Source: an uncultured Actinomycetes bacterium
GTDB taxonomy: Bacteria > Chloroflexota > Dormibacteria > Aeolococcales > Aeolococcaceae
Assembly (NCBI GenBank): GCA_964508345.1
Contig: CAZDTK010000001.1
Span: 49,248 to 113,247, forward strand
DNA length: 64,000 nucleotides
Direction of reading: 5' to 3'
Part shown: in pieces, positions 9,559 through 19,063 of the stretch
Position numbering within the stretch: the stretch's first letter is position 1
How the letters are laid out: each line of letters opens with the position of its first letter
Program-made: the position numbers and the translations under genes
Notes under the pieces: model-generated
What the model saw: the letters and a program-made list of their open reading frames with translations, nothing else
Databases searched by the model: none
Told to the model about the DNA's origin: nothing

Positions 9559-10587
9559 GTGCGCGCCGTCATCAAGGATTCCCCCCGGCCCGGCATCGCC
9601 ATCACCGAGGTGGACGAACCCACTGCAGGTCCCGGCCAGGTGCTGATCGAGGTGGTCGCCGCCTCGATCTGCGGCACCGACATCCACCTCTATGACTGGA
9701 ACCCCTGGGCCCAGGCCCGGGTCCACCTGCCCCGGGTGATGGGCCACGAGATCTGTGGCGAGGTGATCGCGCTCGGCGAGGGGGTCGACGGGCGGGTGCG
9801 GGCCGGCGACCGGGTGGCGGTCGAATCCCACCTCGTCTGCCACCGCTGCCCCGCCTGCTTGCGCGGCGACTTCCACGTCTGCGCCGCCACCCGCATCCTG
9901 GGCGTGGACGTCGACGGCGGCTTCGCCACCCTGGTGGCCCTCCCCCAGGAGAACGTCTGGCCGGTCGGACCCGAGGTGGCGCCCGAGGTGGCCGCCGCGA
10001 TGGAGCCCTTCGGCAACGCGGTCCACGCCTGCTCCTACGGGGAGATGAAGGGCGCCACCGTCGCCGTCTTCGGCTGCGGCCCGATCGGCTGCGCCGCGGT
10101 GGCGGTGGCCAAGGCGCGGGGGGCCGCCCGGGTCATCGCCGTGGAGCCCAACCGCTACCGGCTGGAGCTGGCCGGCCGGATGGGGGCGGACGCCCTGGTC
10201 CAGGCGGGACCGGAGAGCGCCGAGGCCGAGGTCCACCGGGCCGCGCGCGGCGAGGTCGACTGCGCCCTGGAGATGAGCGGAGCCCCGGTCGCGGTGGTCG
10301 CCGCCACCCGGGTGGTCCGCTCCGGGGGCTGGGTCTCCCTGCTCGGCATCGGTGACGCGCCCACCACGCTCGACCTCTCCCAGGACGTGGTGATGCGCGG
10401 CGTCACCCTGCACGGGGTGACCGGGCGCCGCCTCTACGCCACCTGGGAGGAGACCTCCGCCCACCTGCGCAGCGGCGCCATCGACGCCCAGGCATTGATC
10501 ACCCACCACTTCGCGATGGCCGACATCGAGGAGGCGGTCGCCCTCATCAAATCGGGACGCTGTGGCAAGGTGTCGCTCAGGCCATGA
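9559..10587 (+). CDS. tdh: L-threonine 3-dehydrogenase
   Basis: SICGTDIHLYDWNPWA, GHE, structural Zn CHRCPAC, EPFGNAVH, GCGPIG; coupled to kbl. Confidence 0.93.
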   Translation: MRAVIKDSPRPGIAITEVDEPTAGPGQVLIEVVAASICGTDIHLYDWNPWAQARVHLPRVMGHEICGEVIALGEGVDGRVRAGDRVAVESHLVCHRCPACLRGDFHVCAATRILGVDVDGGFATLVALPQENVWPVGPEVAPEVAAAMEPFGNAVHACSYGEMKGATVAVFGCGPIGCAAVAVAKARGAARVIAVEPNRYRLELAGRMGADALVQAGPESAEAEVHRAARGEVDCALEMSGAPVAVVAATRVVRSGGWVSLLGIGDAPTTLDLSQDVVMRGVTLHGVTGRRLYATWEETSAHLRSGAIDAQALITHHFAMADIEEAVALIKSGRCGKVSLRP

Positions 10588-11804
10588 CCGTCACCCCGCA
10601 CCCCTCCGACACCGTCCAGGCGCTCGACCGCTCTCTCGCCGAGGACCTCGACCGGCTCCGCGCCGAGGGTCTGCTCCGGCCGCTCCGCGTCCTCGAGTCC
10701 CCGCAGGGGCACGAGGTGGTGATCGCCGGCAGGACGCTGATCAACCTGAGCAGCAACAATTACCTCGGCCTCAACACCCACCCCCGCCTGATCGAGGCGT
10801 TCATCGAGGGCGCGCGAACGTGGGGTGCGGGCACCGGCGCCGTCCGCACCATCGCCGGCACCCAGTCGGTGCACGAGCAGCTGGAGACACGGCTTGCCGC
10901 CTTCAAGCGGACCGAGGCCGCGCTCACGTTCCAGAGCGGATACACCGTCAACGTCGGCGTCCTCAGCGCGCTGCTCGAGGAGGGCGACGTGGTGGTGAGC
11001 GACAAGCTCAACCACGCCTCCATCATCGACGGCATCCGGCTCACCAAGGCCGACCGCATCCTCTATGAGCACTGCGACCTCGACGACGCCGAGCGTGCCC
11101 TGGCCCAGGCCCGGGCCAAGGGGTACCGGCGCATCCTGCTGGTCACCGACGGCGTCTTCTCGATGGACGGCGACATCGCGCCGCTGCCCGGGCTGGTGGA
11201 GCGCGCCGAGCACTTTGGCGCCGCGTTGATGGTCGACGACGCCCACGCCACCGGCGTCCTCGGCGACCACGGCAGGGGGACCACCGACCACTTCGGCCTG
11301 CACGGACGGGTGGCGCTGAACATCGGCACCCTCTCCAAGGCGGTGGGCGTGGTCGGCGGTTACGTCGCGGCCAGCCAGATCGTGCGTGACCACCTCATCC
11401 ACCGGGCCCGGCCCTTCCTCTTCTCCTCCAGCCATCCACCCGCGGTGGCGCTCGCCTGCGTGGCGGCGCTCGACGTCCTGGAGGCGGAGCCCGAGCTGAT
11501 CGAGCGGCTCTGGAAGAACACCCGGCATTTCAAGACGGGGCTCCGGCAGCTGGGCTTCGACATCGGGACCGGCGAGACGCCGATCACCCCGGTCATGTGC
11601 GGTGAGGCGCCGGTGGCGATGCAGCTCTCCGACCTGCTCATGGAGCGGGGCGTCTTCGCCCAGGGGATCGGGTTCCCGACCGTGCCCCGGGGAAGGGCCC
11701 GGGTGAGGACCATCGTGACCGCGACCCACTCCGCCGCCGAGCTGGATCGCGCGCTCGAGGCCTTCGCCGACGCCGGCCGGCGGCTCGGACTGCTCCACGG
11801 GTGA
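10584..11804 (+). CDS. kbl: Glycine C-acetyltransferase (2-amino-3-ketobutyrate CoA ligase)
   Basis: SSNNYLGL, SDKLNHASIIDGIRL, DGVFSMDGD, DDAHATG, TLSKA PLP lysine; ATGA overlap with tdh. BioF is the same family. Confidence 0.85.
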   Translation: MTVTPHPSDTVQALDRSLAEDLDRLRAEGLLRPLRVLESPQGHEVVIAGRTLINLSSNNYLGLNTHPRLIEAFIEGARTWGAGTGAVRTIAGTQSVHEQLETRLAAFKRTEAALTFQSGYTVNVGVLSALLEEGDVVVSDKLNHASIIDGIRLTKADRILYEHCDLDDAERALAQARAKGYRRILLVTDGVFSMDGDIAPLPGLVERAEHFGAALMVDDAHATGVLGDHGRGTTDHFGLHGRVALNIGTLSKAVGVVGGYVAASQIVRDHLIHRARPFLFSSSHPPAVALACVAALDVLEAEPELIERLWKNTRHFKTGLRQLGFDIGTGETPITPVMCGEAPVAMQLSDLLMERGVFAQGIGFPTVPRGRARVRTIVTATHSAAELDRALEAFADAGRRLGLLHG

Positions 11805-11978
11805 GCCGCGAGGGAGCTGTCGCGTCGCGCCCGGCGAGCGCCGTCGCCACGTCCGGCGGACCCTGTGGAAACGTGCGTAACGGCCCCACGGCGACGGGCT
11901 TCTGGTCGGTGACACCTCCGCGGGGGAGGCGCTGACATCGCACGCCGCACCGACGCCGAGCTCGAGGAGGAGCGTCAG

Positions 11979-12575
11979 TTGATCCTGGCCGCGCAGCGCG
12001 ACCGGGCGGCGTACGCGCCGCTCTACGAGCGCTACGTGGATCAGATCTTCGCCTACACCTACACCCTCACCAGGGATCGGGAGCTCGCCGAGGACGTGAC
12101 CGCCGCCACATTCGCCAAGGGGCTGGAGGAGCTGCCGCGCTTCGAGTGGCGCGGCGTCCCCTACTCGTCGTGGCTCTACCGTGTCGCCTCCAACCTGGTC
12201 GCCCGGCAGCGACGCCACCCGGGGTGGATCGAGCTCGGCCCCGGGCTGGCCAGCGACGAGGCCTCGCCCCAGGACGAGATCGAGAGGCAGGACAGCGCCG
12301 CCGCGGTGCGGGCGGCGGTGCGGACCCTCCCCGACGACCAGCGCCAGGCGGTGTCGCTGCGCTTTGGCGGCGAGCTGCACAACCGCGAGATCGCCGAGAT
12401 CATGGGGCGCAGCGAGGGGGCGGTGAAGCTGCTCACCTTCCGGGCCCTGACCACCCTGCGCAAGCGCTTCGGCGCGCCCCTGCCCAACGAGAGCCGAACC
12501 CCCGGATCACCGGCCGCCGCGGACACCCCGCGGACCCACAGTCCCCGATCGGGACATGCGCGAGGCGAGACATGA
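11979..12575 (+). CDS. ECF sigma-70 factor
   Basis: Region 2 AEDVTAATF..., WLYRVASN; region 4 LPDDQRQAVSLRF...EIAEIMGRSEGAVKLLTFRAL; TTG start (possible earlier start, see findings). Confidence 0.93.
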   Translation: MILAAQRDRAAYAPLYERYVDQIFAYTYTLTRDRELAEDVTAATFAKGLEELPRFEWRGVPYSSWLYRVASNLVARQRRHPGWIELGPGLASDEASPQDEIERQDSAAAVRAAVRTLPDDQRQAVSLRFGGELHNREIAEIMGRSEGAVKLLTFRALTTLRKRFGAPLPNESRTPGSPAAADTPRTHSPRSGHARGET

Positions 12576-12919
12576 GCGACGAAGTCGAGCGGCTGGATGC
12601 CGCGCTCAACCGGCAGCGGACCGGGGCTCGCGTGGAGGACCTCTCCCCCGCGCTCCGGGACCTGGTGGAGATGGCCACGGTGATCGGCGACGCCTATCAC
12701 GCTGGCTGCCTCACCACCGCCGATCGCGAGCGCATCTACGCGGAGGCGGTGCTCCGGCTGGAGACCGCGCTGGGCTCACGGCGGCTCTGGCAGCGGCTCG
12801 ATGGCCGTGGTGTCGCGGTGATCGGGGGCGCCGCCGCGGTGACCGCGATCGCGGCCGCCATCGGCGTCCGGCTGATCATCGGGCGCCGCGGCCACCGCCT
12901 CCACCTGGCCACGACCTAG
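12572..12919 (+). CDS. Putative single-TM anti-sigma factor, 115 aa
   Basis: ATGA overlap with sigma stop; soluble helical N-terminus then one hydrophobic segment and basic tail. Confidence 0.6.
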   Translation: MSDEVERLDAALNRQRTGARVEDLSPALRDLVEMATVIGDAYHAGCLTTADRERIYAEAVLRLETALGSRRLWQRLDGRGVAVIGGAAAVTAIAAAIGVRLIIGRRGHRLHLATT

Positions 12920-12928
12920 GCGGCCGAG

Positions 12929-12950
12929 CGAGGAGACCGGGTCTCCCTCG
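12929..12950. terminator. Hairpin between convergent genes
   Basis: CGA-GGAGAC-cgg-GTCTCC-c-TCG; no U-tract. Confidence 0.35.
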
Positions 12951-12959
12951 TCGTGCGGG

Positions 12960-14216
12960 TCAGACCACGTCCAGCTCGGCGCGGACGATGCCGGGTGGCC
13001 GGAGCTCATGCGGCGCCCCGGTCGTGGGGCGCCGGGGCAGGGCGCGGGCGCACACCGCCGCCGCCAGGACGCACGCGGCGGCACCCCCGAGAAAGGGGAG
13101 TGGCTCGGCGATCCCGTAGAGGGCTCCCAGGACGCCTGCTCCGAAGGCTCCGCCACCGGCTTCGAAGAGCCCACCGACGCCCATTGCCCTGCCCCGGAGC
13201 GACGCTGCCGTGGACTCGCTGATGACTGCGAAGAGGGTCGGCTCGACCACCATGAAGGCGATTGCCTCGACCGTCCCCACGGCCAGGATCGGGTAGATGC
13301 TCCGAAGCCACGGATAGGTGGCGGCGCACGCGGCGACCAGGGTCAGCGCAACGGGGACGAGAAGCCGCCGGTCAGAGCGATCGCTGAGCCTGCCCCCCTG
13401 GCGGGCGAAGACGAGGATGGGCAGCGCGAAGAACGAGATCGAGAGCCCGATGACCAGGCTGCTGTAACCGCGGGCACTCAGGTACTGGGGCCAGACGACG
13501 TCGTACATGTTGAACATCACCCCGGTCGCGGCCAGGGCTGCGCTGGGAACCAGAAGGCTGGGGCGCAGCCACCATCTCGCGGGGGCCGGAGCCGCGGCAC
13601 GGCTCCCGGAGAGGTTGTCGGGGTGCGCGCTGCGGGTCTCGGGCATCCGGGCGATGGCGCCGATGCCCATGAGGACGGCAACGCCGGACGCCGCGAAGAT
13701 CCCCGAGTACCGCCAGAGAGCGATGGCCCCGCCGATCGCCGGCCCGAGGAGAAGCCCCACCATCTCGCAGGCCTGGAGCTGCGCGTAGCGCTGCCCGCGC
13801 TGGCCGGTCGGGGTGAGGTCGGCGAGCGCCGCCCGGATGGCCGGGACATAGGCGCCGCCGCTCGCGCCCTGGCCGACCCGGAGCAGGGCCAGCAGCCAGA
13901 GCGGCCCCCAATTCAGGAAGAGGCCGCCAGAGAGGGCCGCGTACACGAGCCGGCTCCCGATCAGCACCGGCTTGCGCCCGACACGGTCCACGAGGTGTCC
14001 CGCGGGCACCTGGACCAGGGTGCTGGCCACCAGCGGACCGGCGACAAAGAGGGCGATGTCCGCGGAGCTGCCGCCATGGGCGCGGACGTAGAGGGGCACC
14101 ACCGGGAAGAGCGCGGCGATGCCCGTGAACATCACCAGCTGGCCGAGCAGGAGTTGGTGGGCGGGTTCGAGCCGGCGCGCCAGGAGCGCGCGAAGAAGTT
14201 CGAGCACAGCCGGCAC
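12960..14216 (-). CDS. MFS transporter
   Basis: About 12 hydrophobic segments, GHLVDRVGRK motif A, GRLSDRSDRR repeat; start placed at GTG 14216 inside longer ORF. Confidence 0.9.
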   Translation of the reverse strand: MPAVLELLRALLARRLEPAHQLLLGQLVMFTGIAALFPVVPLYVRAHGGSSADIALFVAGPLVASTLVQVPAGHLVDRVGRKPVLIGSRLVYAALSGGLFLNWGPLWLLALLRVGQGASGGAYVPAIRAALADLTPTGQRGQRYAQLQACEMVGLLLGPAIGGAIALWRYSGIFAASGVAVLMGIGAIARMPETRSAHPDNLSGSRAAAPAPARWWLRPSLLVPSAALAATGVMFNMYDVVWPQYLSARGYSSLVIGLSISFFALPILVFARQGGRLSDRSDRRLLVPVALTLVAACAATYPWLRSIYPILAVGTVEAIAFMVVEPTLFAVISESTAASLRGRAMGVGGLFEAGGGAFGAGVLGALYGIAEPLPFLGGAAACVLAAAVCARALPRRPTTGAPHELRPPGIVRAELDVV

Positions 14217-14300
14217 ATGATGGCACCGCCTCCGGCGAGCGCCCCGATCAGGATCCCTGCCGCTGCGGTCGGGCCGGCCACTCCGCGATACAGTCGGAGG

Positions 14301-14495
14301 ATGGCCAGCGCCGACGAGCCCGATTCCCTCGACGATCGCGAACGCGCGCGCATACGACGCCGCGATCGCAGGCAGCGGCCCCGGATGGTGGTCGACAACG
14401 CGGGTGTCAAGCGCGTGCTGCAGGCGCTTGCCTACCGGCGGCGCCGGGAGGGGTCGGAGCCGCCCCCGCCGCCGGAGGACGCCCCGCCCGGCTGA
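14301..14495 (+). CDS. Small basic hypothetical protein, 64 aa
   Basis: ATG six nt after TACAGT; MASADEPDSLDDRERARIRRRDRRQRPRMVVDNAGVKRVLQALAYRRRR... Confidence 0.5.
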   Translation: MASADEPDSLDDRERARIRRRDRRQRPRMVVDNAGVKRVLQALAYRRRREGSEPPPPPEDAPPG

Positions 14496-14590
14496 GCCCC
14501 GCCGCCACCGCGCTGAGCCCCACGCTGCCCCGGGTGGCGCTGCAACGGGACGCCCGCATCGCCCCCGATGCGCCACCGCCGTATCCCACA

Positions 14591-15958
14591 ATGGCGAGGA
14601 TGGCCGACCCCGTCGACCCGCAGCCCCCCCCGGCGGGTTCGGGTCCAGCCTCCGGCGCCAACCCGGCCCCGGGCCTCGGTGCACCTGCCGGGTCGGGCAA
14701 ACCCCCCGAATCGGGCCCGGCCGCTGGCGGGGACGCCCCTCCTGGCAACGCTCCCGCTCCCGGGTACAGCCCGCCTCCGGGGTACGGACCCCCTCCCGGC
14801 TACGGCCCCCCTCCCGGCTACGGCCCCCCTCCCCCCGGCTACGGCCCCCCTCCCGCGTACGGGCCGCCTCCCGGATACGGCCCTCCCTCCGGTTACGGGC
14901 CGCCTCCGGGGTACGGGCCGCCTCCTGGCTACGGGCCACCTCCCGGATACCGCCCTCCCTCCGGATACGGCCCTCCCTCCGGTTACGGCCCGCCCCCCGG
15001 GTACGGCCCGCCTCCCGGGATCGCTCCTCCGCCCGGATTCCCGAGCTGGGCCTGGGCGCAGCCGGTCACCGGCTCCGGCAGGTTCCGCGCCCAGTCCTTC
15101 GGCGAGCTGCTGGACTCCACGTTCACCGTCTACCGGCGCAAGTTCCTCCCCATCCTGGCGATCATGGCCCTCTTCCAGCTGCCCTACCTGGCCCTGCAGT
15201 TCTTCGGGGAGAGGTCGGCGCTGGCCAGCCTGACCACGTTCTCGTCCCAGGCTCAGACCATCAGCCAGACGGCCCTCCAGAACGAGCTGGGCACGATCTT
15301 CGCCGACCTGCTGGTGGTCCTCGCCATCAGCCTCGGCTACTACATCCTGCTCGTCCCCCTGGCCCAGGGGGCGGTGATCCGGGTGGTCGGGGACGACTAC
15401 CTGGACCGCTCCACCAGCGTGGGGGCCGGATTGGGCACGGCGCTGCACCGCCTCGGCGGCCTGGTCGGCTACGTCCTGCTCGAGCTGACGGTCGCCCTCG
15501 GCCCGCTGGTGCCGGCGGTGGCACTGGCGCTGCTGATCGGCGGCGACGCCGGCGCCGGTCTGCTGGTCGTGCTGACGCTGGCCTGGCTTGTTTACGTCAT
15601 CTTTGTCTTCATCAAGATGAGCCTGGGCATCCAGGCCGTGGTCCTGGAGCGCCTGTCTCCGGTGGCCGCCCTGCGCCGGAGCTGGCGGCTCACCGACCGC
15701 TCCTTCTGGCGGATCGTGCTTGCCTACCTGGTGATCGCGGTGGCGAGCGCCGTCCTGAGCGGCATCCTCAACGGTCTGGCCGGGATCTTCGTGGGCAGCG
15801 CCCCCGCCATCACCCAGGCATCGGTGGAGCTGGTCGCCTCCGGCGTCATCGACATCTTCACCTCTCCCTTCATCCTCATCCTGCTCACCCTGATCTACTA
15901 CGACATCCGGATCCGGCGTGAGGCCTTCGACATCGAGATGCTCGCCCAGTCGCTCTGA
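14591..15958 (+). CDS. Pro/Gly/Tyr-repeat N-terminus + polytopic membrane domain (GPDPase-membrane-like, MoxR-cluster associated)
   Basis: FRAQSFGELLDSTFTVYRRKF, ALRRSWRLT..FWRI, LIYYDIRIRREAFDI pattern; ~6 TM; start 14591 or 14600. Confidence 0.8.
   Translation: MARMADPVDPQPPPAGSGPASGANPAPGLGAPAGSGKPPESGPAAGGDAPPGNAPAPGYSPPPGYGPPPGYGPPPGYGPPPPGYGPPPAYGPPPGYGPPSGYGPPPGYGPPPGYGPPPGYRPPSGYGPPSGYGPPPGYGPPPGIAPPPGFPSWAWAQPVTGSGRFRAQSFGELLDSTFTVYRRKFLPILAIMALFQLPYLALQFFGERSALASLTTFSSQAQTISQTALQNELGTIFADLLVVLAISLGYYILLVPLAQGAVIRVVGDDYLDRSTSVGAGLGTALHRLGGLVGYVLLELTVALGPLVPAVALALLIGGDAGAGLLVVLTLAWLVYVIFVFIKMSLGIQAVVLERLSPVAALRRSWRLTDRSFWRIVLAYLVIAVASAVLSGILNGLAGIFVGSAPAITQASVELVASGVIDIFTSPFILILLTLIYYDIRIRREAFDIEMLAQSL
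14760..15040 (+). repeat. 18-bp coding tandem repeat (PPPGYG), 14 Tyr-containing units + 2 degenerate
   Basis: Read directly: ccN cct ccN ggN tac ggN units with synonymous variation. Confidence 0.95.
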
Positions 15959-15965
15959 CGCCGTG

Positions 15966-16892
15966 ATGGCCGGGCTCCGCCGCCCCCTCCTGCTGGCCGT
16001 GCTGCTGGCCGGCGCGGCCGCGCTCTTCGGCAGCACCGTCCCGGCTGCGGCCGCCACCTGCAGCGCGACCTACACAGCCCAGCTCGCCCAGGTCCGCGGC
16101 GATCTGCTGGCCGGCGGCTCCATCCCGCTCGCGATCGGACAGCTGCAGGCGCTGGCGAGCGTGGATCAGGCGGCGGCCCTCGACCCGGTCATCGCCGACC
16201 TGCAGGACGGCGACCTCGGCGGTGCCGAGCAGCTTCTCGGCGCGACCACCGGCGCCCTCCAGCTCCGCAACGGCTCCGGCTGCAGCGGGGAGAGCGCCGC
16301 CGAGCACCGAGCGCTCGCGGCCATCTACGCCTCACCGGCCTTCGCCAACCTGGGTCAGCCGGTCGCGCCCAGCTGGGTCCAGCAGCTGCTCAACGCCCTG
16401 GGCGGCTTCGTGGGCCGGGCGGTCAACACGCTGGGCCCGCTGGGCGCCGTCTTCCTCGCCGCGCTCCTGCTCGCGCTGGTGGCGGGGTTCGCGGCCTGGC
16501 GGGTCCGCCAGGTGATGGCCTCGGGCCGCCAGCCCCGGAGCGTCCCCTGGGAGCTGCCGGCCGGGACCGATGCCGAGGCGGAGTGGGGCCGGGCCCTCGA
16601 CGCCGCCCAGCGAGGAGATTTCCGCACCGCCATCCGCCACGCCTTCCGGAGCGCCCTGATCAGCCTTACCCGGGGCGGCCGGCTGCCGGTGCAGCCGGCG
16701 TGGACCACCCCGGAGCTGGTCGCCCACGCCCGCGGCGACCAGGAGCTGGTGGCGCGGCTGGTGCCGGCGGCCGCCGGATTCGACCGCGCCTGGTACTCCG
16801 CGGCGCCGGTCGGCGCCGACGGGTGGGAGGAGGTGCGCGGCCACTGCGAGGCGATGCGCGTGCTGGCGGGCCGGCACCGGGGTCCGGCATGA
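15966..16892 (+). CDS. DUF4129-domain protein with signal peptide and one TM
   Basis: C-terminal GDFRTAIRHAF...WTTPEL...FDRAWY pattern; operon position. Confidence 0.8.
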   Translation: MAGLRRPLLLAVLLAGAAALFGSTVPAAAATCSATYTAQLAQVRGDLLAGGSIPLAIGQLQALASVDQAAALDPVIADLQDGDLGGAEQLLGATTGALQLRNGSGCSGESAAEHRALAAIYASPAFANLGQPVAPSWVQQLLNALGGFVGRAVNTLGPLGAVFLAALLLALVAGFAAWRVRQVMASGRQPRSVPWELPAGTDAEAEWGRALDAAQRGDFRTAIRHAFRSALISLTRGGRLPVQPAWTTPELVAHARGDQELVARLVPAAAGFDRAWYSAAPVGADGWEEVRGHCEAMRVLAGRHRGPA

Positions 16893-18070
16893 GGCGGAGC
16901 ACGCTGGCCCCGGTCGCGATCCTGGTGACCGTCCCCCTCGCCCTGGTGGCGGTCGCCATCGTCGCCCCGGTGCCCAGCTCCGACCAGGACCCCTCCAGCA
17001 CCTCCAACGGCACGGCGGGCACCCTTGCCCTCTACGACTGGCTCCCCTCCGGGGGCGCGAGCGTCAGCCGGCTCTACTCCGAGTTCGACCTGAGCGGCAT
17101 CGACGTGCTCATCTCCGCCGGCCCTCTCGACGACTTCGCCTACACGTCGGACGACGCCGCCACCCTCACCGCCTTCCTGCGCGGAGGAGGAGAGGCGATC
17201 CTGGCCGTGTACCAGGACCCGGCCGCGATCGACGCCGTGCTCCAGCCGCTCGGGATCGCCGCCCAGCCCTCGAACCTGACCAGCGCCGGCCCGGCCCAGC
17301 CCTTCCCCGGGAGCAGCGCGGTCGCCGGCGTGCCCCTGGTCGCGCCGGGGGCCTCGGCGTCCGGGGCGGTCTGGTCGTTCACGGGTGACGACGGCAACCT
17401 GGTGCCCCTCCTGGGCGGGGCCGGAGCACCGGTCGCGGCCGCGGTCACGGTGGGCGCCGGCCACCTCTACCTCCTCGGCAGCGAGTACCCGCTCAGCAAC
17501 GACGGGCTCCGCCGCGGGGATTCGGCGGCGTTCGTGCTCGGCCTGCTCCAGAGCGCCCGCGGCCATCGCGTCGCCTTCGACGAGGTGCATCACCTCGGGG
17601 TGGCCGGGGCGTCCGACCAGGGCCTGAGCGCCGTCTTCCAGGGCCCGCTCCTCGCCGCCGCCCTGCTCCTGGTGGTGGTCGTCCTCCTCTTTCTCGTCAC
17701 CAGCGGCCGGCGTCTGGGGCGGCCGCTCCGAGGGCGCGACCCGGCGCGGGTCCCCAGCGTCCTGGAGCACATCGGGGCGGTCGGCGAGCTGCTGGCGCGC
17801 AGCCGGGAACGCGGTGCGGTCGCCTCCCGCTACGCCGACGAGCTCAAGCTGCGCGTGGGCCGGGTCACGGGGGTGGAGCCGCGCCTCCCCGACCCCGACT
17901 TCGTCCGCGCGCTCTCCGGGTACGGTGAGGAGCGGGCTCGTGCCGCCGGGACCGTCCTCGACCAGGCGCGCCGGCTGGCCTCCGGCCGGCCGACGGAGGC
18001 GGAGCTGCTCGGCCTGGCCCGCAGCGTCGACACGCTCGAGACGGAGTGGGGAGCTGCGGCGGTCCGCTGA
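16889..18070 (+). CDS. DUF4350-domain membrane protein
   Basis: PSSTSNGTAGTLALYDWL, FLRGGGEAIL, GHLYLLG, VAFDEVHH, RRLGRPL; ATGA overlap. Confidence 0.8.
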   Translation: MRRSTLAPVAILVTVPLALVAVAIVAPVPSSDQDPSSTSNGTAGTLALYDWLPSGGASVSRLYSEFDLSGIDVLISAGPLDDFAYTSDDAATLTAFLRGGGEAILAVYQDPAAIDAVLQPLGIAAQPSNLTSAGPAQPFPGSSAVAGVPLVAPGASASGAVWSFTGDDGNLVPLLGGAGAPVAAAVTVGAGHLYLLGSEYPLSNDGLRRGDSAAFVLGLLQSARGHRVAFDEVHHLGVAGASDQGLSAVFQGPLLAAALLLVVVVLLFLVTSGRRLGRPLRGRDPARVPSVLEHIGAVGELLARSRERGAVASRYADELKLRVGRVTGVEPRLPDPDFVRALSGYGEERARAAGTVLDQARRLASGRPTEAELLGLARSVDTLETEWGAAAVR

Positions 18071-18112
18071 CGGCGGAGATCCGCCTCCGCCCGCCTGCGA
18101 CAATGCCCCCCG

Positions 18113-19063
18113 ATGCCCGCCACCATCGACCTCCGCACCGCCCTGCAGACGACCGTCGGCCGCGCCGTCGTCGGTCAGGAGCAGGTGATCGACGGCCTGC
18201 TCCTCGCCGTGCTGAGCGGTGGCCATGTGCTGCTCGAGGGCGTGCCCGGCACCGCCAAGACGCTGATGGCCCGCTGCCTCGCCGCGGCCATGGATGCGCG
18301 CTTCACCCGGGTCCAGTTCACCCCCGACCTGCTCCCCTCGGACATCATCGGCACCAGCGTCTACCGTCCCGGCACCGGCAGCTTCGAGTTCCGCCCCGGG
18401 CCGATCTTCACCGACACGCTCCTGGCTGACGAGATCAACCGCGCCCCGGCCAAGACCCAGGCGGCGCTGCTCGAGGCGATGGAGGAGCGCCAGGTCACGA
18501 GCGACGGCCGGACCATGCCCCTCGGTCCCCGGTTCCTGGTGGTCGCCACCCAGAACCCCATCGAGTACGAGGGGACGTACCCGCTCCCGGAGGCGCAGCT
18601 CGACCGATTCTTCCTCAAGCTCGAGGTCCCCGTCCCCGCCGCGGCGGCCGAGGCGGAGATGCTGCGCCGCTTCGACCGCGGCTTCGACCCCCATGATCTC
18701 GCCGCTGCCGGGATCGCCCCGGTGGTGACCGAGGCGGCGCTGGCCGCGTCCCGTGCCGAGATCGCCGCGGTCACGGTGAGCGATGCCATCGTCGCCTACA
18801 TCGGGCAGATCGTCGCGACCACGCGGACCAGCCCCGACCTGACCCTGGGCGCCAGCCCCCGCGGTGCCATCGCGCTGCTCCACGCCGGCAAGGCGATGGC
18901 GGCGCTGCGGGGCCGGGACTATGTCGCCCCCGAGGACGTCAAGGACATCTGCGTGCCGGCGCTGCGCCACCGGCTGATCCGGCGTCCGGAGGCCGAGATC
19001 CAGGGCGTCGGCGAGGTGGCGGCCGTGGAGCGGGCGGTCAACCGCGTTCCGATCCCGCGATGA
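18113..19063 (+). CDS. moxR: MoxR family AAA+ ATPase
   Basis: HVLLEGVPGTAKT, RVQFTPDLLPSDI, LLADEINRAPAKTQAALLEAM, TQNPIEYEGTYPLPEAQLDRF. Confidence 0.96.
   Translation: MPATIDLRTALQTTVGRAVVGQEQVIDGLLLAVLSGGHVLLEGVPGTAKTLMARCLAAAMDARFTRVQFTPDLLPSDIIGTSVYRPGTGSFEFRPGPIFTDTLLADEINRAPAKTQAALLEAMEERQVTSDGRTMPLGPRFLVVATQNPIEYEGTYPLPEAQLDRFFLKLEVPVPAAAAEAEMLRRFDRGFDPHDLAAAGIAPVVTEAALAASRAEIAAVTVSDAIVAYIGQIVATTRTSPDLTLGASPRGAIALLHAGKAMAALRGRDYVAPEDVKDICVPALRHRLIRRPEAEIQGVGEVAAVERAVNRVPIPR

Noticed and set aside
11860-11910. Autoregulatory ECF promoter (GGAAAC or GTAAC -35)
   Set aside because: No convincing -10 at 16-17 nt spacing.
14760-15040. Regular repeat as possible CRISPR array
   Set aside because: No unique spacers; in-frame coding repeat with synonymous variation; no cas genes.
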